A model generated the notes under the pieces. That model ran no database searches. It was not told where the DNA came from and saw only the letters and a program-made list of their open reading frames with translations. From assembly GCA_050740315.1 (NCBI GenBank), contig JBOIDC010000004.1, positions 4,918 through 68,917 of the forward strand: 64,000 bases of DNA. The letters run 5' to 3'. The translations under genes and the position numbers were made by a program. Shown here one piece after another: positions 9,924-18,681 of this stretch. The DNA is from Gammaproteobacteria bacterium. Its GTDB lineage: Bacteria > Pseudomonadota > Gammaproteobacteria > JACCYU01. How positions within the stretch are numbered: the first letter of the stretch is position 1; each line of letters opens with the position of its first letter.

Positions 9924-10340
9924 GTGTTTACACCCGCTGCGGCCTGCATTGCCGCGTTCGCCCTCCGTCGCATGTGTTTATCTTGACCATTTTGCGCATA
10001 TGCCGCCACCGGGCCGCAATCGCTGGCGCGCGACAGCCGCAGCGAGCAGCGGACCGCCCGCGACACCGCGTCGATGCCCAGATTGAGAAATCCGATCACC
10101 AGAATCAGCGCCTGAACAAACTTGAGCGCCTGCATGGCGTTGTCGACGAAGAAACCCAGGGTTTGCACGCCCAATATACCCACAATGGCGGTCTCGCGCG
10201 CGCCGTGGCCATGGCCCATCGAACAACAGGAACAGACCGCCCGCATCCGAATACAAACCCATGAAGGCGGAGTGAAGGTAATAGCGCAGGGTCGGAATGC
10301 CGATGAAGCCGAGCACCGCGCCTCCGGACGATTGAATGAA
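9924..10340 (-). pseudogene. Remnant of a His-rich, metal-transporter-like membrane protein (family uncertain), frameshifted
   Basis: Two overlapping minus-strand ORF fragments read as membrane segments (GFIGIPTLRYYLHSAFMGLYSDAGGLFLLFD / MGHGHGARETAIVGILGVQTLGFFVDNAMQALKFVQALILVIGF) in different frames. No full-length ORF. Confidence 0.3.
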
Positions 10341-10396
10341 TCGAGCCTTATTACGCCGTCAGCGAGGCGATTGGATGTGGCGTGCAGGTATGGAAT

Positions 10397-12637
10397 TCAG
10401 ATAATGCTGATGGCGGTTGCAGCGCTGGGCCGGGCGCGCCCGATAACGCACGCCTGCCGGTAACCCAGTTCACGCAGTTCGGCGATGCAAGCAGTGGCCT
10501 CATCGGGCGGCACGGCGGCCAGCAGCCCGCCTGATGTCTGGGGATCGAACAGCAGTGGCCACGCCGGGTGAGTGCGTACCGTATCGGCGGCCGTTACGCT
10601 CTGCTCCAGGCGCGCATTCTGCGGCTGCAAAGAGCTAAAAATGCCGGCCGCGACACACTCCCGCGCGCCTTCCAGCAAGGGTAATGCCCGCAGCTCGATG
10701 TCGGCGCCCAGCCCCGACGGCCGCAGCAACGCCAGCAAATGGCCGATCAGACCGAAACCGGTCACGTCGGTGCAGGCGCTGGCGTGATGCGCGCGCAGAC
10801 AATCGGCCGCCTGCGCGCTGGACTGACGCATCATGGCCACGGCCAGGTCGATCCAGCGGCCGTGCGCCCGATGGCGCATGTCAGCGGCGAACAGGGCGCC
10901 GGTGCCGAGCGGTTTGGTCAGGATCAATACCTGTCCGGGCGCCAGCATACGACGGCGCGCGAGATCGTCGGCGTCGATCATGCCGGTCACGGAAAAACCG
11001 ATCCCAAGCTCGGCGCCTTCGCCGGAGTGACCGCCCAGCAACGCGGCGCCGGCAGTGTCCAAAGTGCGCATCGCGCCGGCCATCAACTGATAGAGCTGTT
11101 CCTCCATTACGCTCTCGGCGGCGTAAGGCAAAGTCGCCAGGGCCAGGGCCGAGTGCGGCCGCGCGCCCATGGCGTAGAGATCGCTCAACGCGTGATTGGC
11201 CGCGATCTCACCGAGCACGAATGGATCGTTGATAAAATCGCGGAAGTAATCAATGGATTGCACCAGCTTCACGCCCGCGGGCGGCGTGAATACCGCCGCG
11301 TCGTCCATGTCCTCCAGGCCAATATCGACGCCCTCGCCTGTTCTTTTGGCGAGGCGTTTCAACACCCGTTTAAGCACCGCGTCGCCGACCTTGGCGCCGC
11401 AACCGCCGCAGCGCATCGCGGGCTTGCGCGCGAAATCGACATCCGCTTCGCCGTGCGCTCCGCTGGTAGCGCTACGCGGCTCGCGCATCGCCGGCAAGTC
11501 GTTGTATTTCGACATCCAGCGCCGGTCGATCCAGTCCTTGACTCGCCACAGCCAGCCGCCCGCGGCATACAACCTGCCGCGCGAGGCCACGGCATAGCGA
11601 TTGCCGGTGCTGATCAACGCGAGCGCGCGCGTTTGCGGCCGGTAACGCTTGAGCCGGCGGTGCTCATGGTAGCGGCGCAGATTGCTTGCCAGCACCGCGC
11701 CCTGCTTGACCGCGTAGACGCCGGACTTGGGGTGCGGCGTCTCCATCGAACCGGCCACGTCCCCCGCCGCGAACACGTTGGCGTGCGACGTCGATTGCAG
11801 GCGCGCATCGATCCGGATGAAGCCGCGTGCGTCGAGATCCAGGCCGGTTGATTCAAGCCAATTTGGCGCGGCGACCGCCGTGGCCCACATGACGAAATCG
11901 GCGGCGATCGCGCGCCCGCTCTCGCAGCGCAATCCCGGCGGTTCTACGGCGGTGACGCACTCGCGGGTAATGACCTCAATGCCCCGCGTGGCGAGCACCT
12001 GCACGAAACGAGCGCGCACGCGGCGGTTGTGTTCTGTCAGGATTTGCGTTTGGTCAGTGACGAGCCGCGAACTGCACCGCGTTTCATCAAGTCCTTCCCG
12101 GAGCAAGCCGTGTTGCAACGCCAATATCAACTCGACGCCGCCCGCGCCGCCACCCACAACGGCAATGTCGAGGCGGCCGTTGCGGGCTTGCGCCATGCGA
12201 CATAGTTCACGGCAACCACTGAGCAAAACGTCGACCGGCTTGACCGGAAACACGCGCGCGGCTCGTTCGTCAGCCGGCGGCACGGCGGGCTGCGCGCCGA
12301 TGTTGAGCGACAGAAAATCGTAATGCAGCGGCGGCCTGCCGGTTATGAGCAGACGTTGCTTTTCAGGTTCTAGCGATTCAGCCTCGGCCTGAACAAAATC
12401 GGCGCCCGCGAAGCGCGCCAGCCGCCGCAGATCGATATGACAGGCATCAAAATCGTAATGACCGGCGATCAACCCCGGCAGCATGCCCGAATACGGCGCA
12501 TAGGTAGCGCGCGAGACGAGCGTGAGCCTGAGCCCGGGCGCGGGCCGCATGCCAAAGTGTTTGAGCACGGCCACGTGGCTGTGGCCGGCTCCCGCGAGCA
12601 CCAGATGACGGCGCGCGGGCGTTTTGGCATCGTTCAC
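10397..12637 (-). CDS. selD: Bifunctional pyridine-nucleotide-disulfide oxidoreductase (NADH-dehydrogenase-like) / selenide, water dikinase SelD fusion. The likely start is GTG at 12637.
   Basis: N-terminal HLVLAGAGHSHV Rossmann motif and GDVA FAD motif (~430 aa). C-terminal half matches SelD (MRCGGCGAKV..., DAAV, TDVTGFGL, DPQTSGG); Cys rather than Sec in the active-site loop. Confidence 0.85.
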   Translation of the reverse strand: MNDAKTPARRHLVLAGAGHSHVAVLKHFGMRPAPGLRLTLVSRATYAPYSGMLPGLIAGHYDFDACHIDLRRLARFAGADFVQAEAESLEPEKQRLLITGRPPLHYDFLSLNIGAQPAVPPADERAARVFPVKPVDVLLSGCRELCRMAQARNGRLDIAVVGGGAGGVELILALQHGLLREGLDETRCSSRLVTDQTQILTEHNRRVRARFVQVLATRGIEVITRECVTAVEPPGLRCESGRAIAADFVMWATAVAAPNWLESTGLDLDARGFIRIDARLQSTSHANVFAAGDVAGSMETPHPKSGVYAVKQGAVLASNLRRYHEHRRLKRYRPQTRALALISTGNRYAVASRGRLYAAGGWLWRVKDWIDRRWMSKYNDLPAMREPRSATSGAHGEADVDFARKPAMRCGGCGAKVGDAVLKRVLKRLAKRTGEGVDIGLEDMDDAAVFTPPAGVKLVQSIDYFRDFINDPFVLGEIAANHALSDLYAMGARPHSALALATLPYAAESVMEEQLYQLMAGAMRTLDTAGAALLGGHSGEGAELGIGFSVTGMIDADDLARRRMLAPGQVLILTKPLGTGALFAADMRHRAHGRWIDLAVAMMRQSSAQAADCLRAHHASACTDVTGFGLIGHLLALLRPSGLGADIELRALPLLEGARECVAAGIFSSLQPQNARLEQSVTAADTVRTHPAWPLLFDPQTSGGLLAAVPPDEATACIAELRELGYRQACVIGRARPSAATAISII

Positions 12638-12677
12638 ACGCTGGATTATTCGATCCGGACGCCGCCGGCATTCATGA

Positions 12678-13160
12678 TCAGTAGGCGGGCTTTTCGCTGC
12701 GCAGAAACAGCAGCGCGCCCGACGGCCTTTCCGCCGCGCCATGCGGCAGCCCCCTGGGCGCGAAATGATAGTCGCCGGCTTTCAATATCACGCCTTCTCC
12801 GAGATGCAGTTCGCCCTCCAGCACCAGACATTCCTCGTCGGCCACGTGCACGTGCGCGGGCAGCCGCGCGCCAGGCTCGCGCCGCAGCCGGAACGATGTC
12901 GCGCGCGCGGCACTGATCAATAACCAGGTGTGCGGACGGCCGCGCTTGCCGTCGCATTTCGCGGCATGGCGCCAGACCTGCGGAAACACGTCGATCACGA
13001 CATCTTCCGCCATATCCGGCTATTTGGTGGTGGCCAGCGCGACCGTAAACGCGCGGCATGGTCGCCTCGTAAAACGCATTGAAGGCGTCCCTGTCGCGGC
13101 GCGCAATCCGGTCGATGAGCAGCGCGTAGTTTTCATCCGCCGCTCCGCCGTGACGCGGGC
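12678..13160 (-). pseudogene. Degraded ECF sigma factor / ChrR-type anti-sigma remnant: sigma region-2 fused to an anti-sigma cupin domain, with a frameshift
   Basis: ADENYALLIDRIARRDRDAFNAFYEATMPRVYG (sigma-70 region 2.1) lies in one frame. AEDVVIDVFPQVWRHAAKCDGKRGRPHTWLLISAARA (region 2.2-2.4) lies in another and runs directly into a cupin (HVHVADEECLVLEGEL...GDYHFAPRGLPHG). Sigma region 4 and the anti-sigma zinc domain are absent. Confidence 0.55.
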
Positions 13161-13535
13161 ATCGAGCGAATGCAGCGGGTTGGTCGACATGATTCGAAGT
13201 ATACGGAGCACGACCGCGACTAGGCAAACGGGCGGTCCCGATGTCCGAGTCTTCCACGGGTTGCGAGCCGGACGCGCGCGGATCACGCTCCACGCGCTAG
13301 CCTGTGATCATGGGCGACCTGCTCCGTGCACTGGCAACCTGGCCACGCTCCGCTATCATTCTAATGAATGGCTTGCAGCAGCATCAGTATGCGATGGTAC
13401 GCAAGGACATGACGCTCCCGGGTTGCCCATTTGCAGTTCGCATACTGAAACGGCATTACAGCGGTCATATTTCTTTTTTGGCGATGCCAGAAGACGTAAC
13501 CATCAGCCCGATCCTTGCCCTGAAGGAGGCCGAAC

Positions 13536-14930
13536 ATGGCGCTGTGGAAACCCGACCCGACCTTTTATCCCTCCCCCCGCATGGCGATGCAGGCGCCACC
13601 CGAAACGCTGGCGTACGTCGCAGCCTTCAATCCGACGCCTGATGGCCGCCCGGATGCGATGACCGTGGTGGACCTGGCGCCCGACTCGTCCAGCTATGGC
13701 CAGATCGTCGGCCGCACCGAGATGCCGAACGCCGGCGATGAACTGCATCACTTCGGCTGGAACGCATGCAGCTCGGCGCTATGCCCGTACGCGCCGCACC
13801 CGCACATCGAGCGGCGTTATCTGGTGGTGCCGGGGCTCCGCTCGTCGCGCATCCATATCATCGATATCAAGCCTGATCCCCGCAATCCGAAGCTCGTCAA
13901 GACCATCGAGCCGGAAGACGTTTTCAAACGCGCGCCGTATTCACGCTTTCATACGATCCATTGCGGGCCGGAGGGCATCTACATCAGCGCGCTGGGATCG
14001 CAGGACGGTGATGGGCCGGGCGGCATCTTTCTGCTGGATCACTTCTCGTTCGACGTGCTGGGCCAGTGGGAAATGGAGCGCGGCCCGCAGTATCTGGCCT
14101 ACGACTTCTGGTGGCATCTGGCGCACGACACGATGATTACCAGCGAATGGGGCACGCCGAACATGATCGAGAACGGTCTGGTGCCGGATCTGCTGCTGAA
14201 CGGGAAATATGGCCGCCACGTGCACATCTGGGATTTGCGCCGGCGGCGGCACGTGCAGGCGCTCGATCTGGGCGCGGAGCAGCAACTGGTGCTGGAATTG
14301 CGCGCCGCGCATGATCCCACCAGGACATATGGTTTCGTCGGCGTGGTGATCTCGCTCAAAGACCTGTCGAGTTCGATCTGGCTCTGGCATCGCGACAACG
14401 GCGAGTGGAAAATCCAGAAGGTCGTCGAGATTCCCGCCGAATCGGCCGAACCTGAAAACCTGCCGCCGTTGCTGCAAGGCTTCAAGGCAGTGCCGCCGCT
14501 GGTCACCGACATCAATCTGTCACTTGACGATCGGTGGCTGTACGTCTCGTGCTGGGGCACGGGCGAGCTGCGGCAGTATGACGTATCCGATCCGTTCAAA
14601 CCCGAGCTCACCGGTTCGGTGCATCTGGGCGGCATCGTGCGCCGCACGCCGCATCCCAAAAAACCAGATCAACCTTTGAACGGCGCGCCGCAGATGGTGG
14701 AGGTGAGCCGCGACGGCAAGCGCGTGTATTTCACCAACTCGCTGTATCACGCCTGGGACGAGCAGTTCTATCCGGAGGGCATGCAGAGCTGGATGGTGAA
14801 GCTCGATGCGAATCCCGCCGGCGGCCTCAGGATCGATCCGGACTTCTTCGTAGCGTTCCACGGCTACCGCGCACACCAGATCCGCCTGGACGGCGGCGAC
14901 TGTTCTTCGGATTCTTATTGCTATCCGTGA
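13536..14930 (+). CDS. Selenium-binding protein SBP56 family (methanethiol oxidase MtoX / SELENBP1 homologue)
   Basis: 464 aa with the family hallmarks recalled from SELENBP1: DELHHFGWNACSS, HCGPEG, LSLDDRWLYVSCWGTGELRQYD, C-terminal GGDCSSD. An AAGGAGG ribosome-binding site precedes the ATG. Confidence 0.9.
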   Translation: MALWKPDPTFYPSPRMAMQAPPETLAYVAAFNPTPDGRPDAMTVVDLAPDSSSYGQIVGRTEMPNAGDELHHFGWNACSSALCPYAPHPHIERRYLVVPGLRSSRIHIIDIKPDPRNPKLVKTIEPEDVFKRAPYSRFHTIHCGPEGIYISALGSQDGDGPGGIFLLDHFSFDVLGQWEMERGPQYLAYDFWWHLAHDTMITSEWGTPNMIENGLVPDLLLNGKYGRHVHIWDLRRRRHVQALDLGAEQQLVLELRAAHDPTRTYGFVGVVISLKDLSSSIWLWHRDNGEWKIQKVVEIPAESAEPENLPPLLQGFKAVPPLVTDINLSLDDRWLYVSCWGTGELRQYDVSDPFKPELTGSVHLGGIVRRTPHPKKPDQPLNGAPQMVEVSRDGKRVYFTNSLYHAWDEQFYPEGMQSWMVKLDANPAGGLRIDPDFFVAFHGYRAHQIRLDGGDCSSDSYCYP

Positions 14931-15592
14931 GCGAACTATGGCCCTGGCTGACCCTGTTCGGTCTGGGCGCATACCACGGCATCAATCCCGGCATGGGCTG
15001 GCTGTTCGCCGTCGCCTTGGGCTTACAGGAAAAACGGCGCCGCGCGGTGCTGGCGGCGATCCCACCGATCGCACTGGGCCATGCGCTCTCGATAGGCGTG
15101 GTGGTCGGCCTGTTGTGGCTGGCGCAAGCGAACTTACCGGAAACCGCCCTGCGTTACGGCGCGGCGGCCCTGCTGTTCGGGTTGGGGATCTATCGCTTGG
15201 TGCGCGCGCGGCATCCAAAGTGGGTCGGCATGCGCGTCAATTTCCGTGATTTGACCTTGTGGTCTTTCCTGATGGCTTCCGCGCACGGCGCCGGCCTGAT
15301 GCTCGCGCCGATCCTGCTCGGCTGGTCTTACATGAATCATGCGGCGCATGGTGCGCACGCCGCGCATTTGCACCACCTCTCCGGCGAGCAGATCGCGGCG
15401 TTGAACGGCCCGGTGCCGTGGCTGATGGCCGTGATCGTACACACATTCGGGTATCTCGCAGTGGCGGCGCTCGTCGCGTTGCTCGTTTACGAAAAGCTCG
15501 GCTTAGCTATCCTGCGGCGCGCGTGGTTCAACCTCGATCTCTTGTGGGTGGTCGCCTTGATGATCAGCGGCGGCGTGATCCTCATCTTGTGA
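14918..15592 (+). CDS. His-rich integral membrane protein (HupE/UreJ-like metal-transporter-like; family uncertain), translationally coupled to the SBP56 gene
   Basis: Start overlaps the SBP56 stop by 13 nt. About 6 TM segments; HAAHGAHAAHLHHLSGE loop. Confidence 0.55.
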   Translation: MLSVSELWPWLTLFGLGAYHGINPGMGWLFAVALGLQEKRRRAVLAAIPPIALGHALSIGVVVGLLWLAQANLPETALRYGAAALLFGLGIYRLVRARHPKWVGMRVNFRDLTLWSFLMASAHGAGLMLAPILLGWSYMNHAAHGAHAAHLHHLSGEQIAALNGPVPWLMAVIVHTFGYLAVAALVALLVYEKLGLAILRRAWFNLDLLWVVALMISGGVILIL

Positions 15593-15650
15593 CCCTAGCG
15601 ACAATCGGCGAACGGATGCCGCGACTTCCCTCGTGTGCTAATTTAACGAA

Positions 15651-16205
15651 ATGGCGTCGGTACGCAGAATCGATTGGCTGAGTGTCGAGGACTATCTCGT
15701 CGCGGAAGAGGTGGCCGAGGTACGGCACGAGTATGTCGCGGGCGCCGTGTACGCGATGGTGGGTGCCACCGCGCGCCATAATCGCATCGCCGTCAGGCTC
15801 GCATCTCGTCTGGAGTCGCACCTTGCTGGTTCGCCGTGCCAGACGTTCATCTCCGACATGAAAGTCTGCGCCGCCGACGCGTTTTATTACCCGGACGTAA
15901 TCGTGACCTGCCAACCCGTGGCGCCCGAGGCCGTTTACCTCACCGAACCCGTGCTGATCGCGGAAGTGCTATCGGAATCCACCGAAGGACGCGACCGGCT
16001 GGAAAAGTGGGCGGCTTATCGCGCGCTGCCGAGCCTGCGCGAATACGTGTTGATCGCCCAGGACCGCCCGGCCGTTGAAGTTTATCGGCGCAATGAAGAG
16101 GGCTGGGATCAAATCAGCCTGGATTCGGGTGAGACCATGGAACTCGTCTCGCTTGACCTCGAGGTTCCCCTAGACGAACTCTACGCCGGATTGCCGACGG
16201 CGTGA
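15651..16205 (+). CDS. Uma2-family (DUF820) endonuclease
   Basis: EYVAGAVYAMVGATARHNRIAVRLASRL... pattern typical of Uma2 PD-(D/E)xK proteins; 184 aa. Confidence 0.75.
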   Translation: MASVRRIDWLSVEDYLVAEEVAEVRHEYVAGAVYAMVGATARHNRIAVRLASRLESHLAGSPCQTFISDMKVCAADAFYYPDVIVTCQPVAPEAVYLTEPVLIAEVLSESTEGRDRLEKWAAYRALPSLREYVLIAQDRPAVEVYRRNEEGWDQISLDSGETMELVSLDLEVPLDELYAGLPTA

Positions 16206-16447
16206 TTGGGTCGGCTAACTTCCGCAACTGAAACTTGCCAAAGCAATTCAGGCTTCGAAGGACGAAACCGCATCGTTGCCGATTGCTATTTGATCCCGTA
16301 GCGTAGGGCTTGGCGCGGTTGCGGCGCACGCGGTTCAATCCTGACCTGCTTGGGGGATCGCTCTGATAACCAACGGAGGCGCGATTCTTCTCGTCTAAGG
16401 CACGACTACTTTTCAGAATTACTGTCTTCCGATGTACAATCGCGTCA

Positions 16448-17503
16448 ATGGGGCGCACGGTGTACACAAATATAAGAGAATCCCTGCGGGAGCTTTACTT
16501 AAAAGATAGCTGCTCTTGGCTGGTCGGCTTCAGCGGGGGCAAAGACAGTACCATGTTGGCATCTTTGGTGTTCAATGCGGTGCTTTCAGTGCCTACCAAC
16601 CAGCGCAAGAAGCCTGTCGCTATTCTTTGTACCGACACGCGCGTGGAGATTCCAGCCATTGTTGAGATGGTTGAAACAACGTTGGCGCGGATGCACAAGC
16701 ATTCCCAGCAGCACGATCTCAACATCGAAGTACACTTGCTAAAACCGCCACCCGAGCAATCGTTCTGGGTCAACATAATCGGCCGCGGCTATCCGCCACC
16801 TAACCGTAAGTTCCGCTGGTGTACGCAGCGCATGAAAATTGACCCCGTCACTGCTTTCGTTAATCAGCGGCTGGGACATTGGGGCGAGCACCTCGGCGCG
16901 CGTCGCGCCGAAAGCTCCACTCGCGGCCAAACGATGGCGGGGCGCGAAAACCGCAATGGCCTGCATCGCCATCCCGATTTGCCCCGCGTGTGGGTGTCCA
17001 ATCCCATTGAATTTCTCACTACCGAGGAAGTCTGGGCGTATCTGTTACAGAAAGCTAATCCTTGGGGCGGCGACAATCGTGCCCTTTATAAGCTCTACGC
17101 CAGCGCCTCCAATGGGGAATGTCCCATTCAAATCGACACCAGCACTCCAGCCTGCGGGCACTCACGATTTGGCTGCTGGACATGCACAGTCGTTGTGCGA
17201 GACAGGGCCAGCGAGGGCCTGCTCGCCGCCGGCGACGAACGCATGGAACATCTGCTCGGTTTTCGCGAGACGCTCCTAGAATTCCGTGATCCTGAAAATG
17301 GCTGGCGCGACAACCGCCGTATGAACGGTGCGCGGGCACCTGGCCCGCTGACAATTGAAGCGCGGCGTGAACTTCTTAAACGCCTGCTCAAATTACAAGA
17401 AGAAACAACCCTGCCACTAATTACTCCAGAAGAATTATTGTTAATTCAGCAAATGTGGAAGGCGGCGCGCGACCCGACGGCGGTCGTGGCGTTGCCCGAA
17501 TAA
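16448..17503 (+). CDS. PAPS-reductase-family PP-loop ATP pyrophosphatase, DndC/SspD-like (DNA sulfur-modification type)
   Basis: PP-loop FSGGKDST. C-terminal CGHSRFGCWTCTVV cysteine cluster reminiscent of the DndC/SspD family; 351 aa. Confidence 0.7.
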   Translation: MGRTVYTNIRESLRELYLKDSCSWLVGFSGGKDSTMLASLVFNAVLSVPTNQRKKPVAILCTDTRVEIPAIVEMVETTLARMHKHSQQHDLNIEVHLLKPPPEQSFWVNIIGRGYPPPNRKFRWCTQRMKIDPVTAFVNQRLGHWGEHLGARRAESSTRGQTMAGRENRNGLHRHPDLPRVWVSNPIEFLTTEEVWAYLLQKANPWGGDNRALYKLYASASNGECPIQIDTSTPACGHSRFGCWTCTVVVRDRASEGLLAAGDERMEHLLGFRETLLEFRDPENGWRDNRRMNGARAPGPLTIEARRELLKRLLKLQEETTLPLITPEELLLIQQMWKAARDPTAVVALPE

Positions 17504-17694
17504 TGAATGACCAGCGGGGTGCCATAATGAATGCCGACCTCAACAAATCAAACCGCTTGCGAGAAACGGAAAAGAAGGTCGCCCAGGAACTCGGCATTCG
17601 CCCCGACACGTTACGCCGCATGTTGGCGAAGGTGGAAGAATACAGTGAAAGTCACCGCGCCCAGGTTTGCCAGATGATTTGCTTAACATCCTAA
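17500..17694 (+). CDS. Small putative HTH DNA-binding protein
   Basis: Short ORF with AQELGIRPDTLRRMLAK helix-turn-helix-like segment. Weak; start uncertain (ATG 17500 or 17524). Confidence 0.3.
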   Translation: MMNDQRGAIMNADLNKSNRLRETEKKVAQELGIRPDTLRRMLAKVEEYSESHRAQVCQMICLTS

Positions 17695-17759
17695 AGGATG
17701 ACCTTTTCGCTCATGAAGAGCGCCGCCCGGTCTCCTCGCGCAATTAACCGCCATCTTGC

Positions 17760-18674
17760 GTGCACGTATTAACTCAAGAACGGCGCTGGCTTAAAGTCGC
17801 CGCGAACCTCAGGGTTGACCGCAAGCACAATATCGCCCCCCACAAGCCGCTTTTGCTATTGGTCGTTGTAGGGCTTGCCGAAGAAGGAAAACTCGCGCGG
17901 CCAGTCTTAGCGCTGACCGGCGAGCTCACATTCCGTTTTCTTGCATTCTGGACAATCGTCGCCAACCGCCGCTCACAGCGACCGGACATTCGCCTGCCGT
18001 TCTATCATCTCCATAACGACGGTTGCTGGACGCTGCTAGACGTCGAAGGAACGACTACTAGCGAACGTAGCCGTGCAGTTACCGCGCAGCTTGACGCACA
18101 GTTCCACGCCTGCCTGCACAATCCCGACTTCCGCGAGCAGTTTCGAAGAATCCTGATCGCGAGGTACTTTACCGACGCCGGCGAACGCGCCGCTCTTTAC
18201 GACTTGACTGACCTGCCAGCTCCGCCCGATGCCATCGAAGAAGCGGACGCCAACCTTTACGTCGAGTCGCGGAGGCGAGGGCGCGAAGCGCGCTTCCGGC
18301 TGACCGTCGTACCGGCCTACAACTACACCTGTGCACTTACCGGTTATCGCTGCGTTACGGTAAATGCCGGCAGCATCGTGGACGCTGCTCACATCCACCA
18401 GTTCGCTGACAGTCGCAACAACTACCCGCAAAACGGTATTGCGCTCTGCAAGAACGCTCACTGGCTTTTCGATCAAGGTCTGTGGTCGCTTACAGACGAC
18501 TACGAGATTATTGTCGCCACACACCGCTTCCATGAGTCTGGAGATAGCGCGCTGCTGCTAGCCCGAATGGCGGGCCATCGCATTCTGCTTCCCGGCAAGC
18601 GAGACTATTGGCCTGACAAAGCGTACTTGGCGTGGCACCGACAACATAGGTACATCAAAGAAAAGACCGAATGA
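17760..18674 (+). CDS. HNH endonuclease with ~190-aa N-terminal uncharacterised (possibly modified-DNA-sensing) domain
   Basis: C-terminal HNH motif: CALTGYRC...DAAHIHQFADSRNNYPQNGIALCKNAHWLFDQGLW; 304 aa. Confidence 0.8.
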   Translation: MHVLTQERRWLKVAANLRVDRKHNIAPHKPLLLLVVVGLAEEGKLARPVLALTGELTFRFLAFWTIVANRRSQRPDIRLPFYHLHNDGCWTLLDVEGTTTSERSRAVTAQLDAQFHACLHNPDFREQFRRILIARYFTDAGERAALYDLTDLPAPPDAIEEADANLYVESRRRGREARFRLTVVPAYNYTCALTGYRCVTVNAGSIVDAAHIHQFADSRNNYPQNGIALCKNAHWLFDQGLWSLTDDYEIIVATHRFHESGDSALLLARMAGHRILLPGKRDYWPDKAYLAWHRQHRYIKEKTE

Positions 18675-18681
18675 TGGAATT

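Noticed and set aside
10739-11851. 370-aa plus-strand ORF and several others antisense to the SelD fusion gene
   Set aside because: Shadow ORFs; the minus-strand SelD reading has strong motif support.
12646-13293. 215-aa minus-strand ORF treated as a gene
   Set aside because: Only a ~33-aa stretch is sigma-factor-like; the rest is out-of-frame. It is interpreted as part of the sigma/anti-sigma fossil rather than a protein.
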